Below, piece by piece: positions 1 through 9,843 of a DNA stretch of 64,000 nt (position 1 is the first letter of the stretch; each line of letters starts with the position of its first letter). The notes beneath the pieces are model-generated. The model did not search any database. It was not told where the DNA came from and saw only the letters and a list, made by a program, of their open reading frames with translations. Position numbers and translations under genes: made by a program. Origin of the DNA: an uncultured Christensenella sp. (GTDB lineage: Bacteria; Bacillota; Clostridia; Christensenellales; CAG-138); assembly GCA_964426415.1 (NCBI GenBank), contig CAYRQM010000001.1, forward strand, positions 66,803 to 130,802, read 5' to 3'.

Positions 1-2
1 TC

Positions 3-2117
3 TTGGACGCGCTGCGCGCTTCCCACAAGCTCTTTCGGGCGCTGCCGTTCGAGCACAGCTATCCGTTCTGCTGGCGCTGCGACACGCCGCTGATCTACTA
101 CGCCCGCGAGAGCTGGTTCATCAAGATGACCGCCGTCAAGGACAAGCTGATTGCGTTCAATCGTTCGGTCAACTGGATTCCCGAAACCATCCGCGACGGA
201 CGCATGGGCAATTTCTTGGAAAATGTCATCGACTGGGGCGTTTCCCGCGAACGGTATTGGGGCACGCCGCTGCCGGTGTGGACGTGCGCGTGCGGCCACA
301 TCCATGTGATTGGCAGCAAGGCGGAGCTGCGCGCCATGGCGCCCGACTGTCCCGCCGATATCGAGCTGCACAAGCCCTACATCGACGCGGTGCATGTGGT
401 CTGCCCCGTTTGCGGCAAGACCATGAAGCGCGAACCCGTCGTGATTGACTGCTGGTTCGACAGCGGTTCCATGCCGTTTGCGCAATGGCACTATCCGTTC
501 GAGCATCAAGCCGAATTCGAACGCCGCTATCCTGCCGCGTTCATTTCCGAAGCCGTGGATCAGACCCGCGGCTGGTTCTACACGCTGCTGGCAATCTCGG
601 CGTGCCTGTTCGACCGTGCGCCGTTCGAAAACTGCCTTGTGCTGGGGCTCGTTTGCGACAAGGACGGCAAAAAGATGAGCAAGCACATCGGCAACGTCGT
701 GGCGCCTGCCGACGTGTTGGACAAGCAGGGCGCCGACGCGGTGCGCTGGTATTTCTATACCGCGTCCGCACCGTGGCTGCCGTCGCGCTTTTCCGGGGAC
801 GCCGTTTCCGAATCGCAGCGCAAGTTCATGAGCACGTTTTGGAACACCTACGCGTTTTACGCGCTGTATGCCGACATCGACGGCTTCGACCCGACCGCCC
901 ATACGCTGGTGGAGGAGAACCTTTCGCTGATGGATCGCTGGATTCTCAGCCGCCTGCAAACGCTGGTGCAGTCGGTGGATTCCAACTTGGACGCGTTCCG
1001 CATCACCGAGGCGGGGCGTGCGCTGCAAGCGTTTGTGGACGACCTGAGCAACTGGTATGTGCGCCGCTGCCGCGACCGCTATTGGGGCGCCGAGATGACG
1101 CCCGACAAGGAAGCCGCCTACATGACGCTCTATACGGCGCTCAAAACCTTGACGCTCACCGCCGCGCCGTTTGTTCCGTTTATGACGGAAGAAATCTATC
1201 AAAACATCGTTCGTTCGGTGGACAAGGACGCGCCGCTGTCGGTGCATCTGTGTGACTTCCCCGTTGCCGAGCCGCGCTTCTTGGACGAAACCTTAGAAGC
1301 GAATATGGCGCGGGTGCTGGATATTGTGGTGTTGGGCAGAAGCGCCCGCAACACCGCCGCGCAAAAGATTCGGCAGCCCCTTGCGTGCATGTATGTGCAG
1401 GGCAAGCCGATGGACGAGCAGGCGCGCCGCATCATCGAGGAGGAGCTGAACGTCAAGCGCGTCGTGTTCGTCGAGGACGCGTCGTCGTTTTTGTCGTATC
1501 GGTGCAAGCCGCAGCTTCGGACGCTGGGGCCGCGCTACGGCAAGCTGCTGCAAAAGATCAGCGCACATTTGGCACAAGACGGCGTCGGCGACGCCATCGT
1601 GCAAAAACATCTTGCGGGCGCGCCGTACACGGTGACGCTGGAAGGTGTGGAAGTCGTACTGGAACAGGACGACGTACTGGTCTCGGCACAACAGAAGGCG
1701 GGACTGGTTTCGGAGAGCGACCGCGGCGTGACCGTGGTGCTGGATACCAATTTGACGCCCGCGCTCATTGAAGAGGGCTTTGTGCGCGAGCTGGTAAGCA
1801 AGCTGCAAACGATGCGCAAGGAGGCGGGCTTTGAGGTCGCCGACCACATCCGCATCGGGGTACGCGGCAGCGAATCGGTCTATGCATTGATAGAAAAGTA
1901 CGGTGCATCGATTTGTTCGGATACGTTGGGGGACGCGCTTTCGACGTCGCTGTCGGGCTACACAAAGGCTTGGGACATCAATGGAGACGAAGTGACCTTA
2001 TCGGTCGACAAAATAAATAGGGAGAATAAGGGAGACAACAATGCGAATACTGATTGTGGAGGACGAGCGCCATTTGGCGAACACCCTCAAGGAGATGCTG
2101 CGAGTAAATCGATTTGA
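3..2117 (+). CDS. ileS: isoleucyl-tRNA synthetase, C-terminal ~700 aa (5' end outside window)
   Basis: Frame is open from the window edge. KMSKS loop present as GKKMSKHIGN, with Cys knuckles CWRCDTPL and CPVCG and a long anticodon-binding C-domain typical of type-2 IleRS. The first stop is at 2115-2117, 77 nt inside the next gene. Confidence 0.93.
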   Translation: MDALRASHKLFRALPFEHSYPFCWRCDTPLIYYARESWFIKMTAVKDKLIAFNRSVNWIPETIRDGRMGNFLENVIDWGVSRERYWGTPLPVWTCACGHIHVIGSKAELRAMAPDCPADIELHKPYIDAVHVVCPVCGKTMKREPVVIDCWFDSGSMPFAQWHYPFEHQAEFERRYPAAFISEAVDQTRGWFYTLLAISACLFDRAPFENCLVLGLVCDKDGKKMSKHIGNVVAPADVLDKQGADAVRWYFYTASAPWLPSRFSGDAVSESQRKFMSTFWNTYAFYALYADIDGFDPTAHTLVEENLSLMDRWILSRLQTLVQSVDSNLDAFRITEAGRALQAFVDDLSNWYVRRCRDRYWGAEMTPDKEAAYMTLYTALKTLTLTAAPFVPFMTEEIYQNIVRSVDKDAPLSVHLCDFPVAEPRFLDETLEANMARVLDIVVLGRSARNTAAQKIRQPLACMYVQGKPMDEQARRIIEEELNVKRVVFVEDASSFLSYRCKPQLRTLGPRYGKLLQKISAHLAQDGVGDAIVQKHLAGAPYTVTLEGVEVVLEQDDVLVSAQQKAGLVSESDRGVTVVLDTNLTPALIEEGFVRELVSKLQTMRKEAGFEVADHIRIGVRGSESVYALIEKYGASICSDTLGDALSTSLSGYTKAWDINGDEVTLSVDKINRENKGDNNANTDCGGRAPFGEHPQGDAASKSI

Positions 2118-2727
2118 CAGCGACATTTGCCTTGACGGGGAGACGGGACTGGAGCACGCGATGACGGGCGCGTACGATCTGATCATTATGGACGTGATGC
2201 TGCCCAAGATGAATGGCTTTTCCATCGTGGACAGGCTGCGCCGCGAGAAGATTGCAACACCCGTGTTGCTTTTGACGGCGCGCTCCAATCTGGAGGATCG
2301 GGTGCGCGGCTTGGATTTGGGCGCGGACTACTACCTGACCAAGCCGTTTGAGGCGTCGGAGCTGCTGGCGTGCGTGCGCGCACTGCTGCGGCGGCACGGC
2401 GAAGTGCTTATGGACGAGGTGACGTTTGGCGATCTGACGCTGAACAAATCCACCTGTGAGCTTTGCTGCGGCGACCAATCCGTTCGGCTTGGCAAGAAGG
2501 AATTTTCCGTCATGTACATTTTGCTCACCAGCGGCAGCGTCGTGGTCAGTAAGGAACAGCTCCTGCTGCGGGCGTGGGGCTGCGACACCGAGGCGGAGGA
2601 CAACAACGTCGAGGTGTACATCTCGTTCCTGCGCAAAAAGCTGCGCTATCTCGGAACCCATGTGCAGATCGTCACGCTGCGCAAATTTGGCTATCGTTTG
2701 CAGGACGCCAAAGAGGGAGAGGCATGA
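2041..2727 (+). CDS. OmpR-family two-component response regulator
   Basis: MRILIVEDE receiver N-terminus, acceptor context LIIMDVMLP, C-terminal winged helix (VEVYISFLRKKL ... FGYRL). AAGGGAGA RBS lies 6 nt upstream. Confidence 0.9.
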   Translation: MRILIVEDERHLANTLKEMLRVNRFDSDICLDGETGLEHAMTGAYDLIIMDVMLPKMNGFSIVDRLRREKIATPVLLLTARSNLEDRVRGLDLGADYYLTKPFEASELLACVRALLRRHGEVLMDEVTFGDLTLNKSTCELCCGDQSVRLGKKEFSVMYILLTSGSVVVSKEQLLLRAWGCDTEAEDNNVEVYISFLRKKLRYLGTHVQIVTLRKFGYRLQDAKEGEA

Positions 2728-4073
2728 TCAAAAAGCTGCGCAGGCGATTCATTCGGTTCTCGTCGTCGGTGTTGCTTGCGGTGCTCGTTTTGGCACTGCT
2801 GATTACCGAGGGCTGCTTTATGGGGTATCTTGTCGGCAACACATACGAGATGCTGAATGATGCGATGATGCTTTCCCTGAATCCGGAGCGAGATCGCGTC
2901 TGGCGCAGCGACGAACCATATACAGCAGAGGACGACTATCGCTTTGCATGGTCGAACAAAGAGCGCACGCCGCAGAAAGCTGCGGACGAGCACGACGAAG
3001 AACCGCAGTCGCAAAGCCGTCTGCCCGTATTCCTGTTCCAGTATTTGTCCGAGGGAACGGTTTACGACAACGGCAGGATCGCCCAAGAAGGCGACTTGAT
3101 TCAGCTGCGCGGCGATCGGCAATACCTCAGCAGCAGCGCATCTTGGGACACCATTTTGCAGGAGATTCTCGCCACAGGGGAGCAGCAGGGCAGGATGCCC
3201 GCCTATCATCTGTGCTATCTGCTCTTGCAGGACTCGTTTGGAACGCGCATCGCGCTGGTGGATTACACCGTCTACGCCGAGCTTGCTTGGCGCGTGGCAA
3301 TGGGTTCTGTCATTGTGTTCTTGGCGCTGCTTGTAATATTCATGCTGCTGATTCTTTGGATGTCGAAATGGCTCGTGCTGCCGACGGAAAAAGCGTTGGA
3401 GAAACAGCGTCGCTTTATGACGGACGCGTCGCACGAAATCAAAACGCCCTTGACGGTGCTGCTGTCCACGGCGGAGCTGCCCGAAACGGCGGATCATGAC
3501 GAGCGCGAGCGCCGCGTCACCGTCATTCGGGAGGAATCGCAGCGAATGCGCGAGCTGGTGGAGGAGATGCTGGACACGGCTTCGTTGGAAGCACGCGCCA
3601 AGACCGCCGCCGTGATGCGGGTCGATCTGTCCAATGTTACGACGGAATACGCGCTGCAATATGAGGCGCTGTTCTATGAAAACGGCGTCACGTTCAACTC
3701 GGAGATACAGGGCAAGGTGTTCGTGCTGGGCGATCCGCAGCTGACGGAACGGTTGGTGCGCACCCTTTTGGACAACGCCTACAAGTATACGCCCAAGGGC
3801 GGTCGGGCAGAAGTTCGTCTGCACGCCACAAAAAAACAAGCGGAGCTGTTGGTGACCAACACGGGCATCGGCATCCAAAAGGACGATCTGGAGCTGATTT
3901 TCGAGCGATTCTATCGCTCCGACGCGACCCGCACCCACTTGGAAGGCGGCTATGGCTTGGGGCTGTCCATTGCCAAGAGCACGGCGGAATCCATGAAGGG
4001 CGCCATCTGGTGCGAGAGCGACGGCGCAACCTTTGTGACGCTCCATGTGCAGCTTCCGCGTGCCAAAAGCTGA
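2724..4073 (+). CDS. sensor histidine kinase (partner of the upstream regulator)
   Basis: ATGA overlap with the regulator stop. N-terminal TM, a ~190-aa external domain and a second TM. H-box SHEIKTPLT, N-box LLDNAYKYTP, G-box GYGLGLSIAK. The track ORF start at 2574 is an upstream extension. Confidence 0.88.
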   Translation: MIKKLRRRFIRFSSSVLLAVLVLALLITEGCFMGYLVGNTYEMLNDAMMLSLNPERDRVWRSDEPYTAEDDYRFAWSNKERTPQKAADEHDEEPQSQSRLPVFLFQYLSEGTVYDNGRIAQEGDLIQLRGDRQYLSSSASWDTILQEILATGEQQGRMPAYHLCYLLLQDSFGTRIALVDYTVYAELAWRVAMGSVIVFLALLVIFMLLILWMSKWLVLPTEKALEKQRRFMTDASHEIKTPLTVLLSTAELPETADHDERERRVTVIREESQRMRELVEEMLDTASLEARAKTAAVMRVDLSNVTTEYALQYEALFYENGVTFNSEIQGKVFVLGDPQLTERLVRTLLDNAYKYTPKGGRAEVRLHATKKQAELLVTNTGIGIQKDDLELIFERFYRSDATRTHLEGGYGLGLSIAKSTAESMKGAIWCESDGATFVTLHVQLPRAKS

Positions 4074-4083
4074 CGATTTGCGG

Positions 4084-4305
4084 TTGACAAACGGGTTTTC
4101 CGTGGTATAATAGGTTCGACTTTGAGATGAATTCGGAAGCAGTACCATCTGCATGTTTGCAGCGAGCGGCCAAGCGGTGAGAGGGTCGTGTGAGACGGAT
4201 GGGAAGACCGCCGAAGGATCAAAGCGTGTTCGCACGATACAGCGAAAAGAGCACCAATTAGGGTGGAACCGCGCACAAGCGCCCCTTTTATCGGGGGCGC
4301 TTTTA
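4084..4305 (+). promoter_or_regulatory. T-box leader (Thr) with promoter and intrinsic terminator upstream of thrS
   Basis: TTGACA (4084-4089), 16 nt, TGGTATAAT (4103-4111). Stem I pairs TTCGG/CCGAA and CCATC/GATGG around the loop AAGCAGTA // GAAGACCG. ACC at 4207-4209 is followed by a purine. T-box motif AATTAGGGTGGAACCGCG at 4257-4273. Terminator AGCGCCCC..GGGGCGCT plus T-run at 4278-4305. Confidence 0.85.
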
Positions 4306-4329
4306 TATTGTAAAAACGGAGGTATCATC

Positions 4330-6276
4330 ATGATTATCACTTTCCCCGACGGCTCGAAGCGTGAATTCGAGAATGGGATGAACGCATTGGACATCGCAGG
4401 CGCCGTGAGCAACGGGCTGAAGAAGGCAACCCTGTGCGCCGAGATCGACGGCAAACGCACCGATGCGTTTCGTCCCATCGACCACGACTGCAGCATCAAG
4501 TTTCTGACGTTCGACGATGCGGACGGACGCTGGGCGTATCGCCACACCGCATCGCACATCTTGGCGCAGGCGGTCAAGCGCCTGTTCCCCGATACCAAGC
4601 TTGCCATCGGCCCCGCCATCGAGAACGGCTTCTATTACGACTTCGACACGAGCGAAACGTTTACGCAGGAGGATCTCAAAAAGATCGAAAAAGAGATGGA
4701 TCGCATCGTCTCCGAAAACCTGCGGCTGGAGCGCTTCGAGCTTCCACGCGAGGACGCCATTCGCTTCATGGAAGAGCGCAATGAGCCTTACAAGGTCGAG
4801 TTGATCCGCGACCTGCCCGAGGACGCCGTCATCAGCTTCTATCGGCAGGGCGAATTCGTCGATTTGTGCGCAGGCCCGCACGTCCCAAGCACCGCAAAGT
4901 GCCGCAACATGAAGCTCATGCAGGTGGCAGGCGCGTACTGGCGCGGCAACGAGAAAAACAAAATGCTGCAGCGCATCTACGGCACCGCCTTCGAAAAGAA
5001 AGAAGACCTCAACGCCTATCTGACCGCTTTGGAAGAAGCCAAAAAGCGCGACCACAACAAGCTGGGCCGCGAGCTGGAGCTGTTCACCACCGTCGATCTC
5101 ATCGGACAAGGGCTGCCGATTCTGCTGCCCAAAGGTGCGCGCATCATCCAAATTTTGGAGCGCTTCGTCGAAGATGAAGAGCAGCGCCGCGGCTATCTTC
5201 TGACCAAGACGCCGTTTATGGCAAAGCGTGAGCTGTACAAGATTTCGGGGCATTGGGATCACTACCGCGATGGGATGTTCGTTATGGGCGACACCGCCGA
5301 CCAAGACGACCCCACCAAAGAAATCTTCGCGCTGCGTCCCATGACGTGCCCATTCCAGTTCATGGCGTATCTGAATCGCAGCCGTTCCTACCGCGATTTG
5401 CCGCTGCGCTACAACGAAACCTCTACGCTGTTCCGCAACGAGTCCAGCGGCGAGATGCACGGCTTGATCCGCGTGCGGCAGTTCACCATCTCCGAGGGAC
5501 ACTTGGCGTGTCGTCCCGACCAAGTCGAGGACGAATTCCGCGGCTGTCTCGACCTTGCCAAATTCATGTTGGAAACGGTCGGGCTGGCGGAGGACGTAAC
5601 CTATCGCTTCTCCAAGTGGGACGAGAACGACACCGCAAAGTACATCGGCGACAAAGCGAGCTGGGAGCGCACGCAAAACCTCATGCGCGACATCCTCAAC
5701 GATCTCAAGATCGACTTCACCGAAGCCGACGGCGAAGCGGCGTTCTACGGCCCCAAGCTGGACATCCAAATCAAGAACGTCTTCGGAAAAGAGGACACGC
5801 TGGTCACCATCCAGATCGACTTCCAGCTGGCGGAACGGTACGGCATGGTCTACACCGACAGCGATGGACAGAAAAAGTACCCCGTCGTCATTCACCGCAC
5901 GTCGCTGGGCTGCTACGAGCGCACGTTGGCGCTGCTGATCGAAAAATACGCGGGCGCGTTCCCCACATGGCTGGCGCCTGTGCAGGTGAAGGTGCTGCCC
6001 ATCACCGATCGTGCGCAAGAGGCGTCCGAGGACGTGCGCAAAAAGTTGGAAGCGATGGGGCTGCGGGTCGAATCCGATCTGCGCAACGAAAAGATTGGCT
6101 TCAAAATCCGCGAAGCGCAGATGCAAAAGGTTCCGTATATGCTCGTTTTGGGCGATAAGGAAGTGGCGGATGGCGTGGTTGCCGTTCGTTCCCGCAAGGA
6201 CGGCGACTTGGGCGTCATGTCGCTGGACGCGTTCGCGGGCAAAATCCTACAGGAAGTTGCCACACGCGCAAAGTAA
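4330..6276 (+). CDS. thrS: threonyl-tRNA synthetase
   Basis: GGAGG RBS then ATG at 4330. TGS domain MIITFPDGSKREFENG, second additional domain, class II core (FRNESSGEMHGLIRVRQF, HRTSLGCYER) and anticodon-binding domain. The track start at 4153 lies inside the T-box leader. Confidence 0.95.
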   Translation: MIITFPDGSKREFENGMNALDIAGAVSNGLKKATLCAEIDGKRTDAFRPIDHDCSIKFLTFDDADGRWAYRHTASHILAQAVKRLFPDTKLAIGPAIENGFYYDFDTSETFTQEDLKKIEKEMDRIVSENLRLERFELPREDAIRFMEERNEPYKVELIRDLPEDAVISFYRQGEFVDLCAGPHVPSTAKCRNMKLMQVAGAYWRGNEKNKMLQRIYGTAFEKKEDLNAYLTALEEAKKRDHNKLGRELELFTTVDLIGQGLPILLPKGARIIQILERFVEDEEQRRGYLLTKTPFMAKRELYKISGHWDHYRDGMFVMGDTADQDDPTKEIFALRPMTCPFQFMAYLNRSRSYRDLPLRYNETSTLFRNESSGEMHGLIRVRQFTISEGHLACRPDQVEDEFRGCLDLAKFMLETVGLAEDVTYRFSKWDENDTAKYIGDKASWERTQNLMRDILNDLKIDFTEADGEAAFYGPKLDIQIKNVFGKEDTLVTIQIDFQLAERYGMVYTDSDGQKKYPVVIHRTSLGCYERTLALLIEKYAGAFPTWLAPVQVKVLPITDRAQEASEDVRKKLEAMGLRVESDLRNEKIGFKIREAQMQKVPYMLVLGDKEVADGVVAVRSRKDGDLGVMSLDAFAGKILQEVATRAK

Positions 6277-6288
6277 TCGCATCCGTTT

Positions 6289-6327
6289 GCGCCACCCTCC
6301 TTTTGGGGTGGCGCTTTTCTTTTTTTG
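6289..6327 (+). terminator. intrinsic terminator after thrS
   Basis: GCGCCACCC-7 nt loop-GGGTGGCGC followed by TTTTCTTTTTTT. Confidence 0.75.
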
Positions 6328-6396
6328 CGGGGCGGGTTTCGGATTCGCAGGCGATTGTCTATTGACGCGGCGGAACAAAACGCGTAAAATAGGAAT

Positions 6397-7443
6397 ATGA
6401 ATCAGACTCGTAAATTGGGGAAAACCATCCTATTTCTTGCGGCGGCACTGCTTGTCACGGCAGCGCTGTGCTTTTTGCCGCGCTTTGCACCCTTCTCCGT
6501 CCGGCTTGCCACGACGCTTGGCATTCCCACGTCCTACGTCACGATCTCCAACACGATGCTGTCGGCTTGCTGCATGGTGCTGCTGTTGGCGGTTGCGGCG
6601 GCGCTTTGGTCGCGCTGCGCGTGGACGCTCGGCGTCACGTCCCTGCTTGGGCTTGCGGTATTCACCTTCGCACTGGGCTACCTTGCCACGTCCGATCTTT
6701 TGGGCGCGCTGTGGCTGTTGCTGCTCATCGGCATTCCGAGCGTAGGGCTGTATACCATGCAGCGGTGCAAGCTCAACAATTTCCGCATCGTCATCTATGG
6801 CACGTTCCTTACGCTGATTGCACTGTTCTGCTACGTTTGCCTGCCGTCGCTCCTTGCGGAGGGCGATGCGTTTTTGCCGTTCCGCAGCCTCATCGGGCAA
6901 TATGCAGCGGGCATCGAAGAAAGCAAATCCATCCTGATTGAGTCGGGGCTGTTCACCGAAGCCACCGTGCAGGACACGCTCGATACGCTCACCGATTACA
7001 AGCTCGGCGCCGAGCAGTTCTCCATTTCGGTGCTGCTGTATCCCGCCATGCTGTGCGCGCTGACCAACTGCCTCCTTTTCCATCTGTTCAACCGTGACAA
7101 GTCCGCAGCCGTTTTGCCGCTGCCCAAGTTTGCCGACTGGCGCGTGGAGCGTTGGTTCTCCTTCTCGGTCACCATCGTCGTGCTCGTTTGCTTGGTGCTG
7201 TCCATGGTGGGCGTCACCTTTGCGACGGCGCTCTCCAACGTCTTCTATCTGCTGTGGCTGTACCCGCTGGCATTGGGCGGGCTGTGCGCCGTCAAGCGCC
7301 TTGCCAAGCGGCGTTGGGTCTTTCCCGTGGTGCTGGTGCTGGGCATTGTGCTGTTCACCATTCTCGGCCCCGTGCTGGCATTTGTGGGCTTGTTTGCAGA
7401 TACCTACGAACGAATTCGATCCAATCGGGAGGGACAGGGATGA
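6397..7443 (+). CDS. YybS-like polytopic membrane protein (DUF2232)
   Basis: About 9 predicted TM helices. It sits in the conserved Firmicutes position directly upstream of gdpP-rplI-dnaB. TTGACG-17-TAAAAT promoter at 6363-6391. Confidence 0.65.
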   Translation: MNQTRKLGKTILFLAAALLVTAALCFLPRFAPFSVRLATTLGIPTSYVTISNTMLSACCMVLLLAVAAALWSRCAWTLGVTSLLGLAVFTFALGYLATSDLLGALWLLLLIGIPSVGLYTMQRCKLNNFRIVIYGTFLTLIALFCYVCLPSLLAEGDAFLPFRSLIGQYAAGIEESKSILIESGLFTEATVQDTLDTLTDYKLGAEQFSISVLLYPAMLCALTNCLLFHLFNRDKSAAVLPLPKFADWRVERWFSFSVTIVVLVCLVLSMVGVTFATALSNVFYLLWLYPLALGGLCAVKRLAKRRWVFPVVLVLGIVLFTILGPVLAFVGLFADTYERIRSNREGQG

Positions 7444-9386
7444 AGCAATATCGCGGCGTTCTGATTGCCGTCGGCGTCGTCACAATCCTTGGCGTGACCG
7501 CGGCGCTCATCTTTACACGCTATATGGAGGCAGGCGTCGTCGCGGCGGCAGGTCTTCTTTTGGGGCTGACGCTTTGGCTCATTTTACGCTCCATCGCCAA
7601 AACAAACCAAGCGCGCATGGATCGCGTGTTCCGTGACAACGACCAAGCGGTGTCGGCGCTGATTCAAGGCATCACCATTCCTGCGGCGGTGCTCACATTG
7701 GAAGGCCGCGTCACTTGGCGCAACCGTGCATTTCGCGCGCTGTACGACGGCGCTAACATCAAAGAAATCCTGCCCGAATTCGAAAAGCAGCGCGGGATGA
7801 ACGCGGTACAGGTCGAGCTGAACGGCTCCAACTACCAAGTCATGCATACGGCAATCCTGCGCCCCAACACCGAAAAGCAGCTCGTGTTTCAATATTGGCT
7901 CGACCGCACGGAGGCGGCGCACTACCAACGCTTGTACGCCGAGCAGCGCCCGTACGTTTCGCTGCTGTATGTCGACAATTACGAAGAGATGGCAAGCGAC
8001 GCGCAGATTCACAGCTCGGCGGTGCTTGCCGAGGTGGAACGGCTCATTGCCGAGCTTTGCAAGCGCGTGGGCGGGCTGTACCGCTGCTACGAAAACGGAC
8101 GCTACCTGCTTGTGGTAGAAGCCAAACAAGAAGAACAATTAGAATCCGAACGCTTTACGCTGCTGGATCAGGTGCATCGCATCGAAACGGGCACAGGCAT
8201 CATCGTTTCGCTGTCCATGTCCGTGGGCGCGGCGCCGCGCTTGGCGCAGTCCGAACAGGATGCGCGACAGGCGATGGAGCTTGCTTTGGGACGCGGCGGC
8301 GATCAAGTCGTGGTCAAAGAGGGGGCGGACTACCGCTTCTTCGGCGGCAAGCATCAGCAGGACGCGAAGCAGTCGCGGGTCAAGGCGCGCCTGTTCTCAA
8401 AGGCGCTGCTGCAGCTGTTCGAAAACAGCGGCGACGTGTTCATCATGGGACACCGCAATTCCGATATGGACTGCCTTGGCGCGGCACTGGGCATCATGAC
8501 CTGCGCCAATCACGTCGGCAGCCATGCCTACATCGTCATCGACGCGCTGAACACCACCATCGAAGACGCCGTGCGCCAATTGGAACGGGACGGCGTGGCG
8601 TCCCGCGTCATCATCGCACCCGATCAGGCCGCCGAGATGATGCGCGCCAATTCCGTACTGGTCGTGGTGGACACCCAACGCGCCAACAACACCACCGCGC
8701 CGGAGCTTTTGCAAAAGTGCGAGCGCATCGTGCTCATCGACCATCACCGCCGCAGCGCCGACTACATCGACAACGCGACGCTTCATTATTTAGAATCGCG
8801 GGCGTCCTCCGCCAGCGAGATGGTCACCGAGATCATGCAGTATTTTGCGGACAACGTCAAGCCCGTCGCCTTTACCTGCAGCGCGTTGTTGGCGGGCATC
8901 ACGGTGGACACCAAGCAGTTTGCGTTCAATGTGGGTTCGCGCACGTTCGACGCGGCAGGCTATCTGCGGCGCAACGGCGCCGACCTCAGCTCCGTCAAGC
9001 TGATGTTCCAAAACGATTACGAAAGCTATGTCCGCTGTGCCAACGTGGTGGAGCGCGCTGTCATTCGCAAGAGCGGCGTCGCCCTCTCTTGGTGCGAGAA
9101 GAACACGCCCGACGGCAAGCTGCTGGCGGCGCAGGCTGCCGATGAGCTTTTAGGCATTCGCGGCGTCCGCGCTGCATTTGTGCTGGCGGACACCGACGGC
9201 GTCGTCTCCATTTCGGGACGCAGCTATGGGCAAATCAACGTACAAATTATTTTGGAGCAGCTGGGCGGCGGCGGGCATTTGACCATGGCGGGCGCGCAGC
9301 TTGCGGGCATTTCGACCGAGGAAGCCCGCGCCAAATTAGAAGCGTGTATCGAGCAGTACGAATCGATCAATCACGAAAACGGATGA
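7440..9386 (+). CDS. gdpP: GdpP-type c-di-AMP phosphodiesterase (2 TM, PAS, degenerate GGDEF, DHH/DHHA1)
   Basis: ATGA overlap with the yybS-like stop. Two N-terminal TM helices. DHH motifs [29 protein letters not shown], and DHHA1 GGGGH. Followed by rplI as in B. subtilis yybT. Confidence 0.88.
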   Translation: MKQYRGVLIAVGVVTILGVTAALIFTRYMEAGVVAAAGLLLGLTLWLILRSIAKTNQARMDRVFRDNDQAVSALIQGITIPAAVLTLEGRVTWRNRAFRALYDGANIKEILPEFEKQRGMNAVQVELNGSNYQVMHTAILRPNTEKQLVFQYWLDRTEAAHYQRLYAEQRPYVSLLYVDNYEEMASDAQIHSSAVLAEVERLIAELCKRVGGLYRCYENGRYLLVVEAKQEEQLESERFTLLDQVHRIETGTGIIVSLSMSVGAAPRLAQSEQDARQAMELALGRGGDQVVVKEGADYRFFGGKHQQDAKQSRVKARLFSKALLQLFENSGDVFIMGHRNSDMDCLGAALGIMTCANHVGSHAYIVIDALNTTIEDAVRQLERDGVASRVIIAPDQAAEMMRANSVLVVVDTQRANNTTAPELLQKCERIVLIDHHRRSADYIDNATLHYLESRASSASEMVTEIMQYFADNVKPVAFTCSALLAGITVDTKQFAFNVGSRTFDAAGYLRRNGADLSSVKLMFQNDYESYVRCANVVERAVIRKSGVALSWCEKNTPDGKLLAAQAADELLGIRGVRAAFVLADTDGVVSISGRSYGQINVQIILEQLGGGGHLTMAGAQLAGISTEEARAKLEACIEQYESINHENG

Positions 9387-9402
9387 AAGGCAGGGCAAAC
9401 AA

Positions 9403-9843
9403 ATGAAAGTATTGCTTTCGCAGGATGTGAAGGGCACGGGCAAGAAGGGTGAGATCGCGGACGTTTCCGACGGATACGCACGCAATTTCCTGTTCCCGCG
9501 CAAGATGGCAACGCCGGCGGACACGACGGCGATCAATGCGGCAAGCATTCAAAAAAGCGCGGCGCAGCACCGCAAGTTTACGGCGGGCGTGAAGGCACGC
9601 GAACAAGCCGAAAAGTTAGAAGGCGCAACGGTGCATGTCAAGGCGCATGTCGGCGAAAACGGCAAGCTGTTCGGCACCGTCGCGGGCAAAGAAGTGGCGC
9701 AGGCGCTCAAGGAGCAGCGCGGCATGGACGTCGACAAGAAAAAAATCTCCATCGAAACCATCCGTGCGCTCGGCACCTACACCGCCAAGGCGAGCCTGTT
9801 TGAGGGCGTCGCCGTCACCTTCCGCGTCATCGTCGAGGAATAA
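9403..9843 (+). CDS. rplI: 50S ribosomal protein L9
   Basis: [36 protein letters not shown] is the canonical L9 N-domain. 146 aa. Confidence 0.96.
   Translation: MKVLLSQDVKGTGKKGEIADVSDGYARNFLFPRKMATPADTTAINAASIQKSAAQHRKFTAGVKAREQAEKLEGATVHVKAHVGENGKLFGTVAGKEVAQALKEQRGMDVDKKKISIETIRALGTYTAKASLFEGVAVTFRVIVEE

Noticed and set aside
2691-6126. 642-aa (2691-4619) and 607-aa (4303-6126) minus-strand ORFs.
   Set aside because: They are antisense to the histidine kinase, the T-box leader and thrS. Their composition is Arg/Ala/Gly/Gln-rich and low-complexity, and they run straight through a regulatory RNA. These are shadow ORFs.
7152-7439. Long N-terminal extensions offered by the ORF track: gdpP from 7152, recJ from 28043, thrS from 4153, hisS from 35152, NlpC/P60 from 53190, AAA ATPase from 41610, and the beta-rich protein from 63059.
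   Set aside because: Each extension overlaps the upstream gene or a leader RNA, lacks an RBS and has shadow-like composition. In each case an internal start with an RBS or ATGA coupling coincides with the onset of family homology.
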